This document shows positions 24,622 to 35,570 of a stretch of DNA of 48,696 nt, one piece after another (position 1 is the first letter of the stretch; the number at the start of each line of letters is the position of its first letter). The DNA is from Psammoneis japonica. Lineage: Eukaryota. Position numbers and translations under genes: made by a program. The stretch is from assembly GCA_008632985.1 (NCBI GenBank), contig QPGO01000098.1, positions 186,001 through 234,696 on the forward strand, given 5' to 3'. The notes under the pieces were generated by a model. It saw nothing but the letters and a program-made list of their open reading frames with translations, was not told the origin of the DNA and ran no database searches.

Positions 24622-25907
24622 CTACCACCTCCTGGGCTTACAAGTAGTGACGGCTCCTGCAGAGAAACCAGACTTGGTCGACAAGCCCAGGACAATCCTG
24701 CCAGAGATTGGGTCGCGGGCAAATCTTGCTTGCACTCCAAATGTCACTTCGAGGTCTGCCCATGAAGACGCCGCAGCCCTTGAAATGGCCATGGCGACCT
24801 CGCCGGAAGATGCTTTTGCGTGTGAGTGTGCATCCTTGCAAAGGTCACCCGAATTCCAGGAGCAAAACTTGGGATGATTCCTACGGCAATACCAACTGTG
24901 CCACTCCATGCAGCTACTAACCCAATCTTTATCAATCGCGATGGTGGTCACATTGGCGTAAGCATCGGCAATAGTTTCGGCTCGACTGAAGTTTGACGCC
25001 CCTTCAAGCACTACAGCTTTGACGCTGTCGACGCTCAAGCCCCTGGACTCGACATCTAAATAACGATACCATGTGCTATTAAGTGCCCTGGTAAAACTTG
25101 AAGCGTTGGAAGCAGCGTATGCAGTGCCGTATGCATCCACTTCACCGTCGGCACAGATAACCCTGTGAAGCGGATGTCTGGGACTGAATGTTCTGCACAT
25201 CTCCTTTGGATCCGTCGAAGCACCAGCTGTCCCTTTTATATAGGGAGGAAAAAAATCGACGAAAGATCGGCTGTATGCCACAGACAGCTGACACTGTCGT
25301 AGACGCCCTCTGAACTGGACTTGTTGGCTTCGTCCGATCTGTCGTTGTTTGACGGAAAGCTTGACTTCCGCATCAAGTAGGGCGTTCACTCTTGAAGCGG
25401 CCCGGGCCATAGACCAACAGGTGCCCCGAGCTGCGGCAAAAGACATGGCCGCATTTCCCGAATTGTTTTTATACAAATCCGCAATCTCAAGATTCTCGGA
25501 GAGGTAGGTATCGCAAAGCTCCATAACGTCCGCAACATTGAAGCACATATCTGGTGGGCGCAGCCAATACCAGATGCGAAGTTTTAGCGTGAAGGTGGTG
25601 ATACCTCGACTGTTGGTCACGGCGGTGACACCTGGTGGCAACGGCGGTCGCTTGGTAGGCCGACGACGTAACGAGCGATGGCTGTTTTCGTCCTCCTCGA
25701 TAATGAGAACGCCACTTTGTTCTTCGTCAAGCTGCACCTGAGTGAAATCATGAAACACCGATGATGAATACGCAACGATATTAAACAGGGGATTCTAATT
25801 CTAATCCACAAAAAAGCAACACGTACCGAGGTGTTGCTGTCTTCCGAGCCCGCTGTGACGATGTTGCCGCAAATTGCCAAAAGGAAAGCAAGGGTTACGG
25901 CACGCAT
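24622..25907 (-). CDS. Secreted Ala/Ser/Cys-rich protein of unknown function, paralog B; join complement(24622..25737,25827..25907)
   Basis: Signal-peptide exon MRAVTLAFLLAICGNIVTAGSEDSNTS, same intron position as paralog A, colinear protein ending in KPRRW. Confidence 0.8.
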
Positions 25908-26427
25908 GATTCTCTCTTTTGAAGGACAACGTTTTGGTTGCTTGTCTCGCTAAAATACAGTATGGTGAGTAGAATTTGCTCTTCATTTTTTGTGAGGGAT
26001 AATGAGGGAAACAGAGAGGACGAAGCTCTCTCCACGACGGAAGCACTTTCGCGGTTATTGTCAGCTCTCAGTTTTTGGTTTTTTTGGTTATGTGATCCAT
26101 ACACTTAAGGAATTGGTCATCCTCGTATATAATTACTTCCGTATTATTTTTAAGGCGCTAATGACTTATATATAGAGGGCAATAACCATATTATTTTGGT
26201 CATTATTCATTTTTATCATGCATACAGTATGTGACTAGTTTTTGTCATGGTCATTTCTAGTAGAGTCATTTGTCGCAGTCGTGTGACACGGCTGAAGCAG
26301 ACCCGGAAATCCACAGAAAAGCTATTTTGAGTTTTGGACCTGTTGCGCAGAGAGTTCAGTGGGATGTCTGCTTTTGTGAAATCAGTTTATTGATTTGGAT
26401 CTGGGATAAGTACGTACACATGTTAGA

Positions 26428-27945
26428 ATGCTAGTAGTCATGAGTATTTTCATTAGACAGGGCTATCTCATTGCTGGCAAACGGTCCTTTACGTCATCAA
26501 CTAGTACTGGCCTTCGATCAATAACACAACAGGCGAATATCGCCGTGATTGGCGCAGGATGGTGGTCTCAGGGATGGCACTTACCGCATCTCAGTCGTAA
26601 TAAACACGTCAAGGTCGCTGCGATTGTCGACACATCGACTCATCCAACATCCAATTTGAATCCCAATCTCGAGCCACTCTCGGATCTGGCTAAGCGATAT
26701 GACGCACCCATGTATTCGTCCGTGGAGGAATTGTTGACACGACAAGGAGAAACTCTGGATGGTGCCCTTGTGGCAACGCCACACGCGACTCATTTTGAAG
26801 TGGGAAAGCAATTGCTAGAGGAAGGAATGAAACGAAAACAGCAGAGTGGCAATGATTACCGACCCTTGAATATTTTAATGGAAAAGCCCATGACTACAAA
26901 CGTCCATGAAGCCAAACAATTTCAGGATGTAAGTCAAGAAAAGAAAAGGCTTTTTTTGTGCTCATTGTGCTCGCTTTTATCGTTGAAACATATGACGTGC
27001 TTTTGCTATTGGAATACCTAACTCTTCTTTTAATTTTGCTACCGTTTCTCCCTACAAAATGTAATAGCTTGTGACAGACTATCAGAGTATGGGTGGCCGT
27101 GCCTGTTTCCTAATAAACCACTCTGCAACTATAGAGTCCAAGCTCGTCAAGCACGACATCTTGTCCAAGACGGCACGATTGGTTCCATTCGTCACATTTC
27201 CGCCTTTATGGCCTCTCCCCTGTCTTGGATTTTTGACGATGCAAGCAACACGGGTTGGAACGAACCGTCGGCCGACATGGTCGGCAATGGATTTTGTTGG
27301 GGACAGTGCTCCACTTGTTGGGATGGATCTATCACGTTTGTCCCGATTTGTCACCAAGCCATGTGTATTGTACCATGAACCATTCGGGCAAAACGGGTGC
27401 CGATGTGTCGCACGCGGCAACCATTACATGCCATGACCAGGACAATGACGACATTGTCTTGGGCATGTCGGGAACCTCTCTTTTGCCTGGCTATGAACAT
27501 TCGGATCCACCCATTGGAAAGCAGGTTCGAATCAAGATTTATGGAACCAAGGGAGCGCTCATCTATGCCGGTATTGATCGAGATCACTTGTCGGGACAGC
27601 TGGAGCTTCGGCGTGTAGATAACGATGGGCAAGTTGAGTTGCCTTGTGGGGAGGAGGAGGGATTTAAATTTGAAGATTTGGATCAAGAAGGGACAGGTGA
27701 GTCTCTTGATATGAGTGAAACCCAATGATACTTGTGTGACGGTTCTAAAAACGTTACTGCCACACTACTGTGCAGGTCCCGAATCTCTGCAAAACTTTAT
27801 TGACGCCTGTCTTGGTCGGAGCGACTACTATGTTGGTGCAGACGTTAATGTAGGTTTCAGAACCGTCCAGACATTGGAAGCCATGTATCGCAGTGATTCA
27901 ACGCGAAACGCAGAGGACGTATTGTATCGCGACTTACATAGTTAA
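26428..27945 (+). CDS. Gfo/Idh/MocA-family NAD(P)-dependent oxidoreductase; introns 26929..27067 and 27697..27775; two apparent 1-nt deletions (~27127, ~27311)
   Basis: [11 protein letters not shown]ossmann motif, VATPHATH and ILMEKPM. Canonical GT..AG introns. The frame is restored by adding one base to short A and C runs. Confidence 0.85.
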
Positions 27946-28658
27946 GTTGTAAAGAACAGTTTCAACAACCCCTTCAAATACAGTACAATCTCTTGTGTTC
28001 CCAGTTTACTCTCTCCATAGATTCGATCCACAAAGGTAATTGGCACTTCCTCAATCGTCATGTTTGCCTTTTTCGCACGCACCATGATTTCCATTTGAAA
28101 GGCATAACCCTTGCTCGACACGAGCGGCAAAATGTGTGCAATCGCCTGACGTTCGTAAAGACGAAAGGATCCCGTCAAATCGGAAACACCGGGATTGAGG
28201 AGAAAATCGGCTAAAAAATTGGCACCACGAGACGTGAGCTTTCGAAAGGTATCCCATCCCGCCACACCACCACCGGGACGGTATCGAGTTCCCGTGACGA
28301 TATCTACATTTTTCGATGAGTTGTCCATCTTGTCAATCATTTGTGGAATAAACTTTGGGTGATGACTGAGATCGGCATCCATGAGGATGATACGATCGCC
28401 TTGCGATTTTTCCAATCCAGCACAATACGCACTGCCCAATCCTAATTTACCCTTGCGAGAGACAATCGTGAGGTGCTTGGCTCCAAAGCTACTTTGCAAC
28501 TGCTTGGCTACCTCGAGTGTACCATCGGGGCTCGAGTCGTCCACCACAACCACTTCGTAATTCAGTTTGGCTTTGGTAAAGGTTTGATGCAGCAGATAAA
28601 AAATAATTGGAAGATTCTCCCTCTCATTGTAAGTTGGGAGAATGACAGAGTACAACAT
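27942..28658 (-). CDS. DPM1: Dolichol-phosphate mannosyltransferase catalytic subunit (GT2)
   Basis: [72 protein letters not shown]. Intact 238-aa ORF. Confidence 0.97.
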   Translation of the reverse strand: MLYSVILPTYNERENLPIIFYLLHQTFTKAKLNYEVVVVDDSSPDGTLEVAKQLQSSFGAKHLTIVSRKGKLGLGSAYCAGLEKSQGDRIILMDADLSHHPKFIPQMIDKMDNSSKNVDIVTGTRYRPGGGVAGWDTFRKLTSRGANFLADFLLNPGVSDLTGSFRLYERQAIAHILPLVSSKGYAFQMEIMVRAKKANMTIEEVPITFVDRIYGESKLGTQEIVLYLKGLLKLFFTT

Positions 28659-28768
28659 GGCTGTGAATAGTATTGATTCAGAGGACGACGAACGACAATG
28701 ATCGATGCAAGTATCAGGCCAACAAAAGCGTTCTCGAGTTTGAAGTGGGGTGTTGGTACAGGGTTGCG

Positions 28769-28851
28769 CAGAAAACGTATCCGCGGTATGGTAAGTGCGG
28801 TCATAACGGCGGTATGGAAATCTGATTGGACAAACGACGTCAGCTAAGAAC
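28769..28851 (+). repeat. Left terminal inverted repeat of the MULE
   Basis: cagaaaacgtatccgcggtatgg...cgtcagctaagaac is the exact reverse complement of 32967..33049. Confidence 0.97.
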
Positions 28852-28989
28852 CGTGTGATAATCGATAAGTAACGATGACATCATCCTTACCTCACCATAC
28901 GTGTACATTTTCATCGGTGGATATATTATTATGAATGTTCCCAACTTACTCACAGCAAACTGCAGCGCTGCAGCGCACAATGACACCGG

Positions 28990-29937
28990 TCGACGGTGTC
29001 CCACTTTACGGCGAGATATCTCAATGATACTTACACCGATTTCCCCGTTTCTTTTTTCAGTATTGGGATAAATTGTACAATTCATCCTACTAGGTTGGTG
29101 CCATTGTACATTATTGAGAATTATGGATTTCCGTTTTGTTTGAAACCTCGCAGCAATTTCAAATTTTGGAAAAGCGCGCACGACGGTGTCCCACTTTACG
29201 GCGTGATATCTCAACGATACTTACACCGATTTCCCTGTTTCTTTTTTCAGTATTGGGATACATCGTACAATGCATCCTACTAGGTTGGTACCATTGCGCA
29301 TTATTGAGAATTATGGATTTCTGTTTTGTTTGAAACCTCGCAGCAATTTCAAATTCGGAAAAGCGCGCACGACGGTGTCCCACTTTACGGCGTGATATCT
29401 CAACGATACTTACACCGATTTCCCCGTTTCTTTTTCAGTATTGGGATACATTGTACAATTCATCCTACTAGGTTGGTCCCATTGTGAATTATTGAGAATT
29501 ATGGATTTCTGTTTTGTTTGAAACCTCGCAGCAATTTCAAATTTGGAAAAGCGCGCACGACGGTGTTCCACTTTACGGCGTGATATCTCAACGATACTTA
29601 CACCGATTTCCCCGTTTCTTTTTTCAGTATTGGGATTCATTGTACAATTCATCCTACTAGGTTGGTGCCATTGTACATTATTGAGAATTATGGATTTCTG
29701 TTTTGTGTGCAACCTCGCAGCAATTTCAAATTTGGAAAAGCGCGCACGACGGTGTTCCACTTTACGGCGTGATATCTCAACGATACTTACACCGACTTCC
29801 CCGTTTCTTTTTCAGTATTGGGATTCATTGTACAATTCATCCTACTAGGTTGGTCCCATTGTGAATTATTGAGAATTATGGATTTCTGTTTTGTGTGCAA
29901 CCTCGCAGCAATTTCAAATTTGGAAAAGCGCGCACGA
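28990..29937 (+). repeat. Subterminal tandem array inside the MULE, ~189-bp unit x5
   Basis: cgacggtgt(c/t)ccactttacggcg.gatatctcaa restarts at ~28990, 29181, 29370, 29558 and 29747. The copies are nearly identical. Confidence 0.95.
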
Positions 29938-30029
29938 AGGATGCAGGTAAGTACCATTCGATTCTCCGTGGTGCTACACCAATATTCTTACTTCTTTGCA
30001 CCATTTTAACAAGAAGTTGACAACGTCCC

Positions 30030-32612
30030 TTAATGATTAATGCTGTCATGACTTATGATGAGACGTGTCCACACCTTTCCAGTGTTGGAGCTGGCATATT
30101 TAGATATCCAGTTTCTCACCGACACGCTTTTTGCGATTCGACGCTCGAATTGAATGTTGCCAATTGCAAGCGGTACCCCGGCACCTCCATAGCAAGATAC
30201 TTCCACACCAATGTTGTCTTCATTCCCATTGTTGTAGCCAATGGTCGTATGTTGTACAAGGCATGAAAAACCACCCACTTTGTACCCAACGGTAGTGTCT
30301 CCAACACTGGCTTTTCGGTGGAGACGAGCGTTGCCAATTTCACCTGGTCTGTAATAGCTCTTGAAAAATGCATTGAATCTGTCATGAACTTGTTGATATC
30401 TTGTTGCCTAACCCTGTGTCCAATCTTTCTTAATTCCCTGCAGGTGACAATCGTTCGGCAATTCTTGTCTCCACAAAAGCTGCAGGTAGATTTGGACTTT
30501 TCGTTTTTCTTTGCAGCTACGGTGCCACCATTTCGAGCCATCACTTGTGAAGCGATTCTCTTCTTGCGAGGTGCCCCAGCTCTGTTGGCCTCTGGACCAC
30601 GTTTTGTTGGGGGGTTGCTCAAAGATGAAGCTGGTCTTTTCCTGGCAGCTTGCGCAACAACACCAACAACATCAGCGGCGTCATCTGGGCTACCCCCCTT
30701 TTTGGCAATGTCCAGCAGCTCGAGTATGGAGCCGTACAATGCCCCTCCCAGTGCTGTGCTAGAACTCACTGCATATTCTGTCAGCTTTGTGCAAGCCTTT
30801 AGCATCTGGTTTCTATTAACTTTTTTTGGCTTTCGGGAGTTTGTTTCTTTTGATGCCGTTTCTGACAGCGCCGACACCGTCGACACTGTTTCATTCGGCG
30901 CGGCTTCGGCAGACTCAAATTCCATTGATGCCATTTCCGATTCTGATGCTTCGGTTGCTGTTGATTCGGTTTGTGGAGCGAGTTGAGACAATGCAACATC
31001 GTCGTCGCTGGAATCACTGGCTCGGCCGTCTCCATCGTCACGGCAACTGTCATCCACGTCAGCTATCGGTTCCATCTTGTGAGGCTGATGCAACCGTTCT
31101 GGAACAATGCCTTGTCAAACACACGGCCGTTTCTGCAGCACTCATGGGGACACATGCTGAGCGCCTCCAATCGGCGAGTGCAGTCACATCTCCCATGCTT
31201 GGGACGAGTCTTACGCTGTCGACGCTTGTGCCTTCTCTATGCACACGGTCAAAGTTGTCGCCTTTATCTTCCAACAACTTACAGTTGAAACTTTCATTGT
31301 ACACTTCTGTCCAGTAAGTCTCGTGTGCCCACTTGGACAGAGTTCGCAACGCCTCCGCCTCTGACGCATTTTCTGATTGTACTTCTTCGGCTTTCCTTGC
31401 AGATATAAGCCGGTACTTTGCATCCTCTGTTTTGTTTTGTTGGTCACGGGTAGTCTGCCGTTCGAGTAGCCCACTGATTTGCTCCACCATGTCTTCAGTA
31501 GACCCACTCCCGAGATGAGCCTGTTTGAGTCATCCACACAATGGCGCAGGGTTCTCCGTTTGCGTCTTTCTTGACACGATAGTCTAAGCCTCGACTGCTC
31601 TGCTTTATTTTCATAAGATACAACTCAGCCTTCCATGCCTCACCACGATCTTGCATCACTTGCCGCAACAACTCCCTCACCTTGGTGCGACATAAATCAG
31701 TGTCGGGTAATTGGATAGCCTCATTTTCTGCAAGAGGCTTGAACCTCATGAGGTTCTCAGCAGCTTTAGCATCCATGGGCTTGTCTTCTAGATAGTGTTT
31801 CTTTGCCCGCATCCTCACGTTTCGAACGTCATCAGCTGTAATTACCTGCCCATCTGGAACGTATTTTCGAAGGAGCCCACGAATGCCACGGGGGTTTGTG
31901 ACGACTCCAGTCGCGATAGTTTCTGCAATGCGATCCATGTCTGCGAGATTGATGTTTCCCAACACAGCGCCAGCCGCTTTCTTTGCTAGGCGGGACGCCT
32001 CCACACCCGGGTTACAATTGTGCTCAAAGCAGTGGCCAGTGATACGCACCATTCTTCGGTGCCTTTCATCTTTGGGATTTCGTTGGTCTACAGTGGCCTT
32101 TATGACAAACGGGCAGTTTCCCTTGATGCTCTGCCGGTTTCTCTGCCTTGAAGGCGACACCACCGACTCTTGTGCTTTCTTGTTTGCTTTCTTAAAAAAG
32201 CACTTCAAATGATAGTTGTTCACTGTCGTAAGGTGAAATCCCCAAGCATCACCAAATCGAATCGCCGCTTGTTTGAGCTGATAGAAATTCACGAAAGATC
32301 TCTTCTTCAGGATGCTTCCAAACAGCTCTTGAGCTGCCGACTCCAACTTCTCCAGTTTTACCATGCCCTCCTTGTCAACATCCGTATCCAGATTTGGTCC
32401 ATGTTGGTCCACCACGTCTTTCAGGGACTTGGGCAACCAATCGATGCTGTCGGCCACTTTAATTTTGCGTTGCTCAGAGCTCTCTTAGTCGGCTTGTCAT
32501 CTGGCCCAGTGTCAGTCACCGCGACGTTGTCGACTCGCTCGAATGGATCTCCGTCCCCTTCATTCCATTCAGGCTGTTCCGGTGGGTGGTTTTCAAAGAA
32601 CTTGTAAGACAT
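30030..32612 (-). pseudogene. MULE transposase remnant: FAR1/WRKY-GCM1-like zinc finger and SWIM finger, DDE core missing, several frameshifts
   Basis: LKCFF..NCPFVIKA..HCFEHNC, then AIVWMT (start of the MULE domain) joined at ~31525 to AHLGSG. SWIM CDC-x9-CPH at ~31145-31190 in an alternative frame, and CSFCGDKNC further downstream. Confidence 0.8.
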
Positions 32613-32966
32613 GGTTTGCACACTGCGGTTGTCAATGTTGGCGCCAAGGGCCGATGGTGTTGGTGGTTTTTCAGGCGGTGTTGATTTAGAGGCGGTGTGG
32701 ATGGAGCCAGAGTTGACAACGGTGTGGTTGTCGCAACGATGCTGGTGGTTGGTGCGGCACACCAAATTCGAAGTATTTGATCGAGTGCTGCCGAGTAAGT
32801 GCAACTACCTACGTGGAGAAGTGTGTTTGTTATCGGTGTGTTGCGGCACCGGTAGCACATCTGATTGCTGGTAGACACCGGTAATAAAGTGCGCGCGATG
32901 TTGCGTTTTTTGGCAGGTGCTGGGGGGGCAATGATGATGTCAACATCACTTATTGTGAACAAATAA

Positions 32967-33049
32967 GTTCTTAGCTGACGTCGTTTGTCCAATCAGATTT
33001 CCATACCGCCGTTATGACCGCACTTACCATACCGCGGATACGTTTTCTG
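32967..33049 (-). repeat. Right terminal inverted repeat of the MULE
   Basis: gttcttagctgacg...ggatacgttttctg, followed directly by the TSD. Confidence 0.97.
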
Positions 33050-33740
33050 AGGGTTGCGGGTTGTGTTTTGTGTTGGTGTTATGGGTGTTGGTGGCAACTC
33101 CTCCGGGTTCTTCGCAGTAATGATTTCTGTACATTTCTACGTCAGGGTGATTTCTGAATAATTTCGAATAATTTTTGTGAAAAACAACTCACAACGTGAT
33201 GGGACGATGGAGATCCTGATGAAAGCAAAAAATGTCCGGAGAGTTATTATTACAGACATCACTGCGAGTTTTGTAATGATTCGGTATGACTAGTGTGTAC
33301 ATCTTTCAATGGATTTCTCTACCAGTATGCATGCAGATGGAGCTCGTCGGACGATGGTGCGGTGTTTGATGTCTCGGAGCTAGACTGCTTCGCGATGATG
33401 ACATAGTTTCTTATTAGCGATCCCCAAACACACATTGACGTTTGAGAAAAAGATTATTGTCAAGGATAACTGTCAGCAACACACATGCTTCGTCAATTAT
33501 AAGAGCTGAAGGTTCAAGAAAATGTCAATATACATGTGCAATGCATGCATACGTTGCGAACCGTTGGTATCATGCAAAATCTGAATCGCAGACGAACCGC
33601 CACAATTTGGGCTCTCTAGGAGCTCACACAAAAAAGGCGGCAAGAGCTGCAGTCAAACTCTACAATAGTCTTGGTGATACGAAACCGTGACTTCTCCCGC
33701 CGTATTGCCTTCGCCGCAGAATCGGCAAGCCTTGGGAGCC

Positions 33741-35570
33741 ATGCATCTGAATACTGTGAGCAGGACCTTGTTTGATGGCAACAAGAACCGTAGCTTGCTT
33801 GGTGAGAAGCAGAAGCGTTCCCCTCATACATCTACTCCGCGTCCAAACAAGCGTGTTTGCTTCCAGCTTGATCCACGGGTGTGCTCGAGTAAAAGTACCA
33901 CGCCGATGGACATTTCTGCTGTTGCGACCGCCTTTTCTCGAATCGTGAAACAGTCCGACGTGCCCAGCTTGCTTGGTGAGAAGCAGAAATTTTCCACTCA
34001 TACATCTACTCCACGTCCAAACAAGCTTGTCCACTTCCAGCGTGATCCACGGGTGAGCTCAACTTTGAGTAAAAGTACCACGCCAATGGACATTCCTGCT
34101 GCGACCGCCTTTTCTCGAATCACGAAACTGTCCGACGAACCCAGCTTGCTTGGTGAGAAGCAGAAACGTCCTACTCATACATCTACTCCACGTCCAAACA
34201 AGCTTGTCAACTTCCAGCTTGATCCATGGGTGAGCTCAACTTCGAGTAAAAGTACCACGCCGATGGAGATTTCTTCTGTTGCGACCGCCTTTTCTCGAAT
34301 CGTGAAACAGTCCGACGTGACCAGCTTGTTTGGTGAGAAGCAGAAATGTTCCACTCATACATCTACTCCACGTCCAAACAAGCTTGTTAACTTTCAGCTT
34401 GATCCACGGGTGAGCTCAACTTCGAGTAAAAGTACCACGCCAATGGACATTCCTGCTGCGACCGCCTTTTCTCGAATCACGAAACTGTCCGACGTGCCCA
34501 GCTTGCTTGGTGAGAAGCAGAAACGCCCTACTCATACATCTACTCCACGTCCAAACAAGCTTGTCAACTTCCAGCTTGATCCACGGGATAGCTCAACTTC
34601 GAGTAAAAGTACCACGCCGATGGAGATTTCTTCTGTTGCGACCGCAGCTCATCGGAGCGTTGAACCTATCGCCGTTCCTTCGTCTCGATCTGTGAATCAG
34701 TCCGATGAACCAGGGCCCATGGAGATGGAACCCACGACGCCTTCTAGTGACATGTCCGTCACTCCCACCAGCACTGCGAGCAGAGATCTCGCATGCTACA
34801 ATGCCGTTGAAAATCAACGCGAGGTTGCAATCTTTCACAACAACCTTGGCCATGTCTACTACAGCCAAGGCAAATGGGACAAGGCGCTTGAGGCCTTTAC
34901 CAGCGCTCTCGTCATTCAGCAAGCACTTGCGGGGGATCATAATGTCGAGAATACGTCCAGTTACATGCACATTGCATCCGTTCTCTGCAAGCAAAACAAG
35001 CACCACCAAGCCTTGAAGAAATGTCGCGAGGCTCTTGCAATCCGGCGAGTCCACTTTGGTGATGGCCACGCCAAGACGGCTTCGGCGCATCACCTCTTGG
35101 GTATGTTTCTGAGTCATGAGGGTCGCAACTACGAGGAGGCCTTGGTAAGGCTCGAAACGGCTCTGGACATTCGTCAAGCCGTCTTGTGTCGCAATCATCC
35201 CAAAACGGCCTCGACCCATCACGAGATTGCAGTGGTGCATCGTTGGCAAGGCGACCATGAGCAAGCCTTGGAGCACTTTCGAATGGCATGTGCCATTCGA
35301 CAAGCCACTTTAGGAGAAAATCATGTTAAAGTGGCAGTCTTGCACTACGAAATTGGCTTGGTCCTTCGAGAGCAGCGCAATCACAAGGCAGCTTTGGAGC
35401 AGTTTTGCAAGGCGCTGGCCATTCGTAAAGCAATGTGGGGCACGGACCATCTCAAGATTGCTACCCTTTACAATCTTATTGGCGAGGCCCACCGTGAGCT
35501 GGGAAACTGCAACCAGGCCATGGAGGCATATGGCATGGCGCTAGCGATTAGCCGAGGCAGCAGTGCCTAG
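33741..35570 (+). CDS. Protein with ~5 N-terminal 58-60-aa Ser/Thr/Pro repeats and C-terminal TPR repeats (kinesin-light-chain/TPR_12-like)
   Basis: ORF 33687..35570, first ATG at 33741. TPR motifs such as HNNLGHVYYSQGKWDKALEAF and HPKTASTHHEIAVVH recur at ~42-aa spacing. Confidence 0.85.
   Translation: MHLNTVSRTLFDGNKNRSLLGEKQKRSPHTSTPRPNKRVCFQLDPRVCSSKSTTPMDISAVATAFSRIVKQSDVPSLLGEKQKFSTHTSTPRPNKLVHFQRDPRVSSTLSKSTTPMDIPAATAFSRITKLSDEPSLLGEKQKRPTHTSTPRPNKLVNFQLDPWVSSTSSKSTTPMEISSVATAFSRIVKQSDVTSLFGEKQKCSTHTSTPRPNKLVNFQLDPRVSSTSSKSTTPMDIPAATAFSRITKLSDVPSLLGEKQKRPTHTSTPRPNKLVNFQLDPRDSSTSSKSTTPMEISSVATAAHRSVEPIAVPSSRSVNQSDEPGPMEMEPTTPSSDMSVTPTSTASRDLACYNAVENQREVAIFHNNLGHVYYSQGKWDKALEAFTSALVIQQALAGDHNVENTSSYMHIASVLCKQNKHHQALKKCREALAIRRVHFGDGHAKTASAHHLLGMFLSHEGRNYEEALVRLETALDIRQAVLCRNHPKTASTHHEIAVVHRWQGDHEQALEHFRMACAIRQATLGENHVKVAVLHYEIGLVLREQRNHKAALEQFCKALAIRKAMWGTDHLKIATLYNLIGEAHRELGNCNQAMEAYGMALAISRGSSA
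33790..34650 (+). repeat. Coding tandem repeat, 174-180-bp units, alternating A/B types
   Basis: agcttg(c/t)ttggtgagaagcag restarts at ~33792, 33966, 34143, 34323 and 34500. Confidence 0.9.

Larger units (their letters stand above)
28769..33049 (-). mobile_element. Mutator/MULE DNA transposon, internally deleted (non-autonomous), 4281 bp
   Basis: Perfect 83-bp TIRs (28769..28851 and 32967..33049) and a 9-bp TSD agggttgcg (28760..28768, 33050..33058). MULE-type transposase fragments lie inside. Confidence 0.93.
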
